A DNA stretch of 63,560 nt, filler included, from Octopus bimaculoides (lineage: Eukaryota), in the NCBI RefSeq assembly GCF_001194135.2. It is 7 parts of 7 records of this genome, joined end to end, with 100 filler letters (N's around TTAATTAATTAA, not from the genome) between each part and the next. Parts side by side here need not be neighbours in the genome. Positions count along the whole stretch, not along the records: positions 62,251 to 63,560 come from NC_068995.1; 6 more parts are not named here. One strand, given 5' to 3'. Under the pieces are notes generated by a model. The model was not told the DNA's origin. It ran no database searches and saw only the letters and a program-made list of their open reading frames with translations. The translations under genes and the position numbers were made by a program. Shown piece after piece: positions 62,628-63,560 of the stretch. The first letter of the stretch is position 1. Each line of letters starts with the position of its first letter.

Positions 62628-63560
62628 TATAACGATATATATAATTACGATAGATTGTTACCCATTCGATGTTTAGGCAAACTTCGTCACCCACTCACTC
62701 TCGCTTTCTCTCTCTCTCTTTCTCACACTCACTCTCACTCTCTCTCACTCACTCTCACTCTATCTCACTCACTCACTCTCTCTCTCTCCCCACACAAAAA
62801 TGAAACACATTTCGGCGCCAAAAATTGCAAAGGAAAAAAATCTATATTCGGGATTATTATATATATTATATCCAGAGATTTTAAAAGTTATGAAAAATAT
62901 ATTGTTGTTTTAATATATTTTTACTTGTTTCATACACATACACAAACTAACGTGTTTCTTCTTAGAATAATTATTTATCATTCGCTATCTCTCGACTGAC
63001 TTCGTTACCACTGTAACTTCTAAAACCTCTGCATTTTCACTTATTCGTTTCAAACTTGTTTGAATTTTCAATCTAATGTAATCCACACTCTCTCGGAAAC
63101 GTATTTCTGCAAAATGTTATCTAAAATTATGGGCAAAGAAAGAAACAGCAAAAAATATTTGAAAATGGTCGGTGTGTCTGAAATTTCCCAGGGTTTCACA
63201 CCACCCACCCACCCCGTTTTCCGGGCCCCAAAAAGGGTTTTGTAGCATATTAGGAGGTTACCGGAATTCAGTCAACGAAAAAAAAAAAAAAAAAATTTCC
63301 AATGATTCTGGGATATGAGGTGGGGGCGAACAAAAATGAGTTTGCAGCATATTAGGAGGTTAGGATACTTGATTCCACGCAAAAAATCCGAGTTTCTTTT
63401 TTTTCCTTAGTGAAAATCATGCTGGTGTCAAGAATCAAATAATACCGTTTTTTCTTTGTTATCATTGTATTAATATTTACTTCATTACACTCACGAAATG
63501 CAATCCAAGACTAAGACTTATCAGCGTGACTTTTATATTTCTAATTCCTTTCATTGTTTA

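Overview
AT-rich, microsatellite-dense animal genomic DNA from a gapped draft assembly (many N runs, six with a TTAATTAATTAA spacer). I recognise the repeat landscape from memory as octopus-like (coleoid cephalopod); this is an inference, not a database result. No complete protein-coding gene is visible, and most entries in the supplied ORF track are translated microsatellites or N gaps. The window is dominated by mobile-element relics: several tRNA-derived SINE families (about 35 copies or fragments), RLE-type R4/Dong-like LINE 3' ends next to (TAA)n and (TACA)n tracts, a CRE-clade LINE fragment, Tx1/L1 endonuclease, RT and C-terminal fragments, an RTE fragment, a Penelope GIY-YIG fragment, hAT, Merlin-like and Tc1-like MITEs, and a mariner fossil. 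The most notable observations: (1) three Penelope-type pseudo-LTR families form head-to-head inverted pairs carrying minimal hammerhead ribozymes, one with a G3-C8 compensatory swap of the catalytic core; (2) an RLE LINE family is repeatedly associated with (TACA)n; (3) a MITE carries a (CCCTAA)n(TTAGGG)n telomere palindrome; (4) a few well-formed minus-strand exon candidates suggest the left half may be introns of an unidentified gene.
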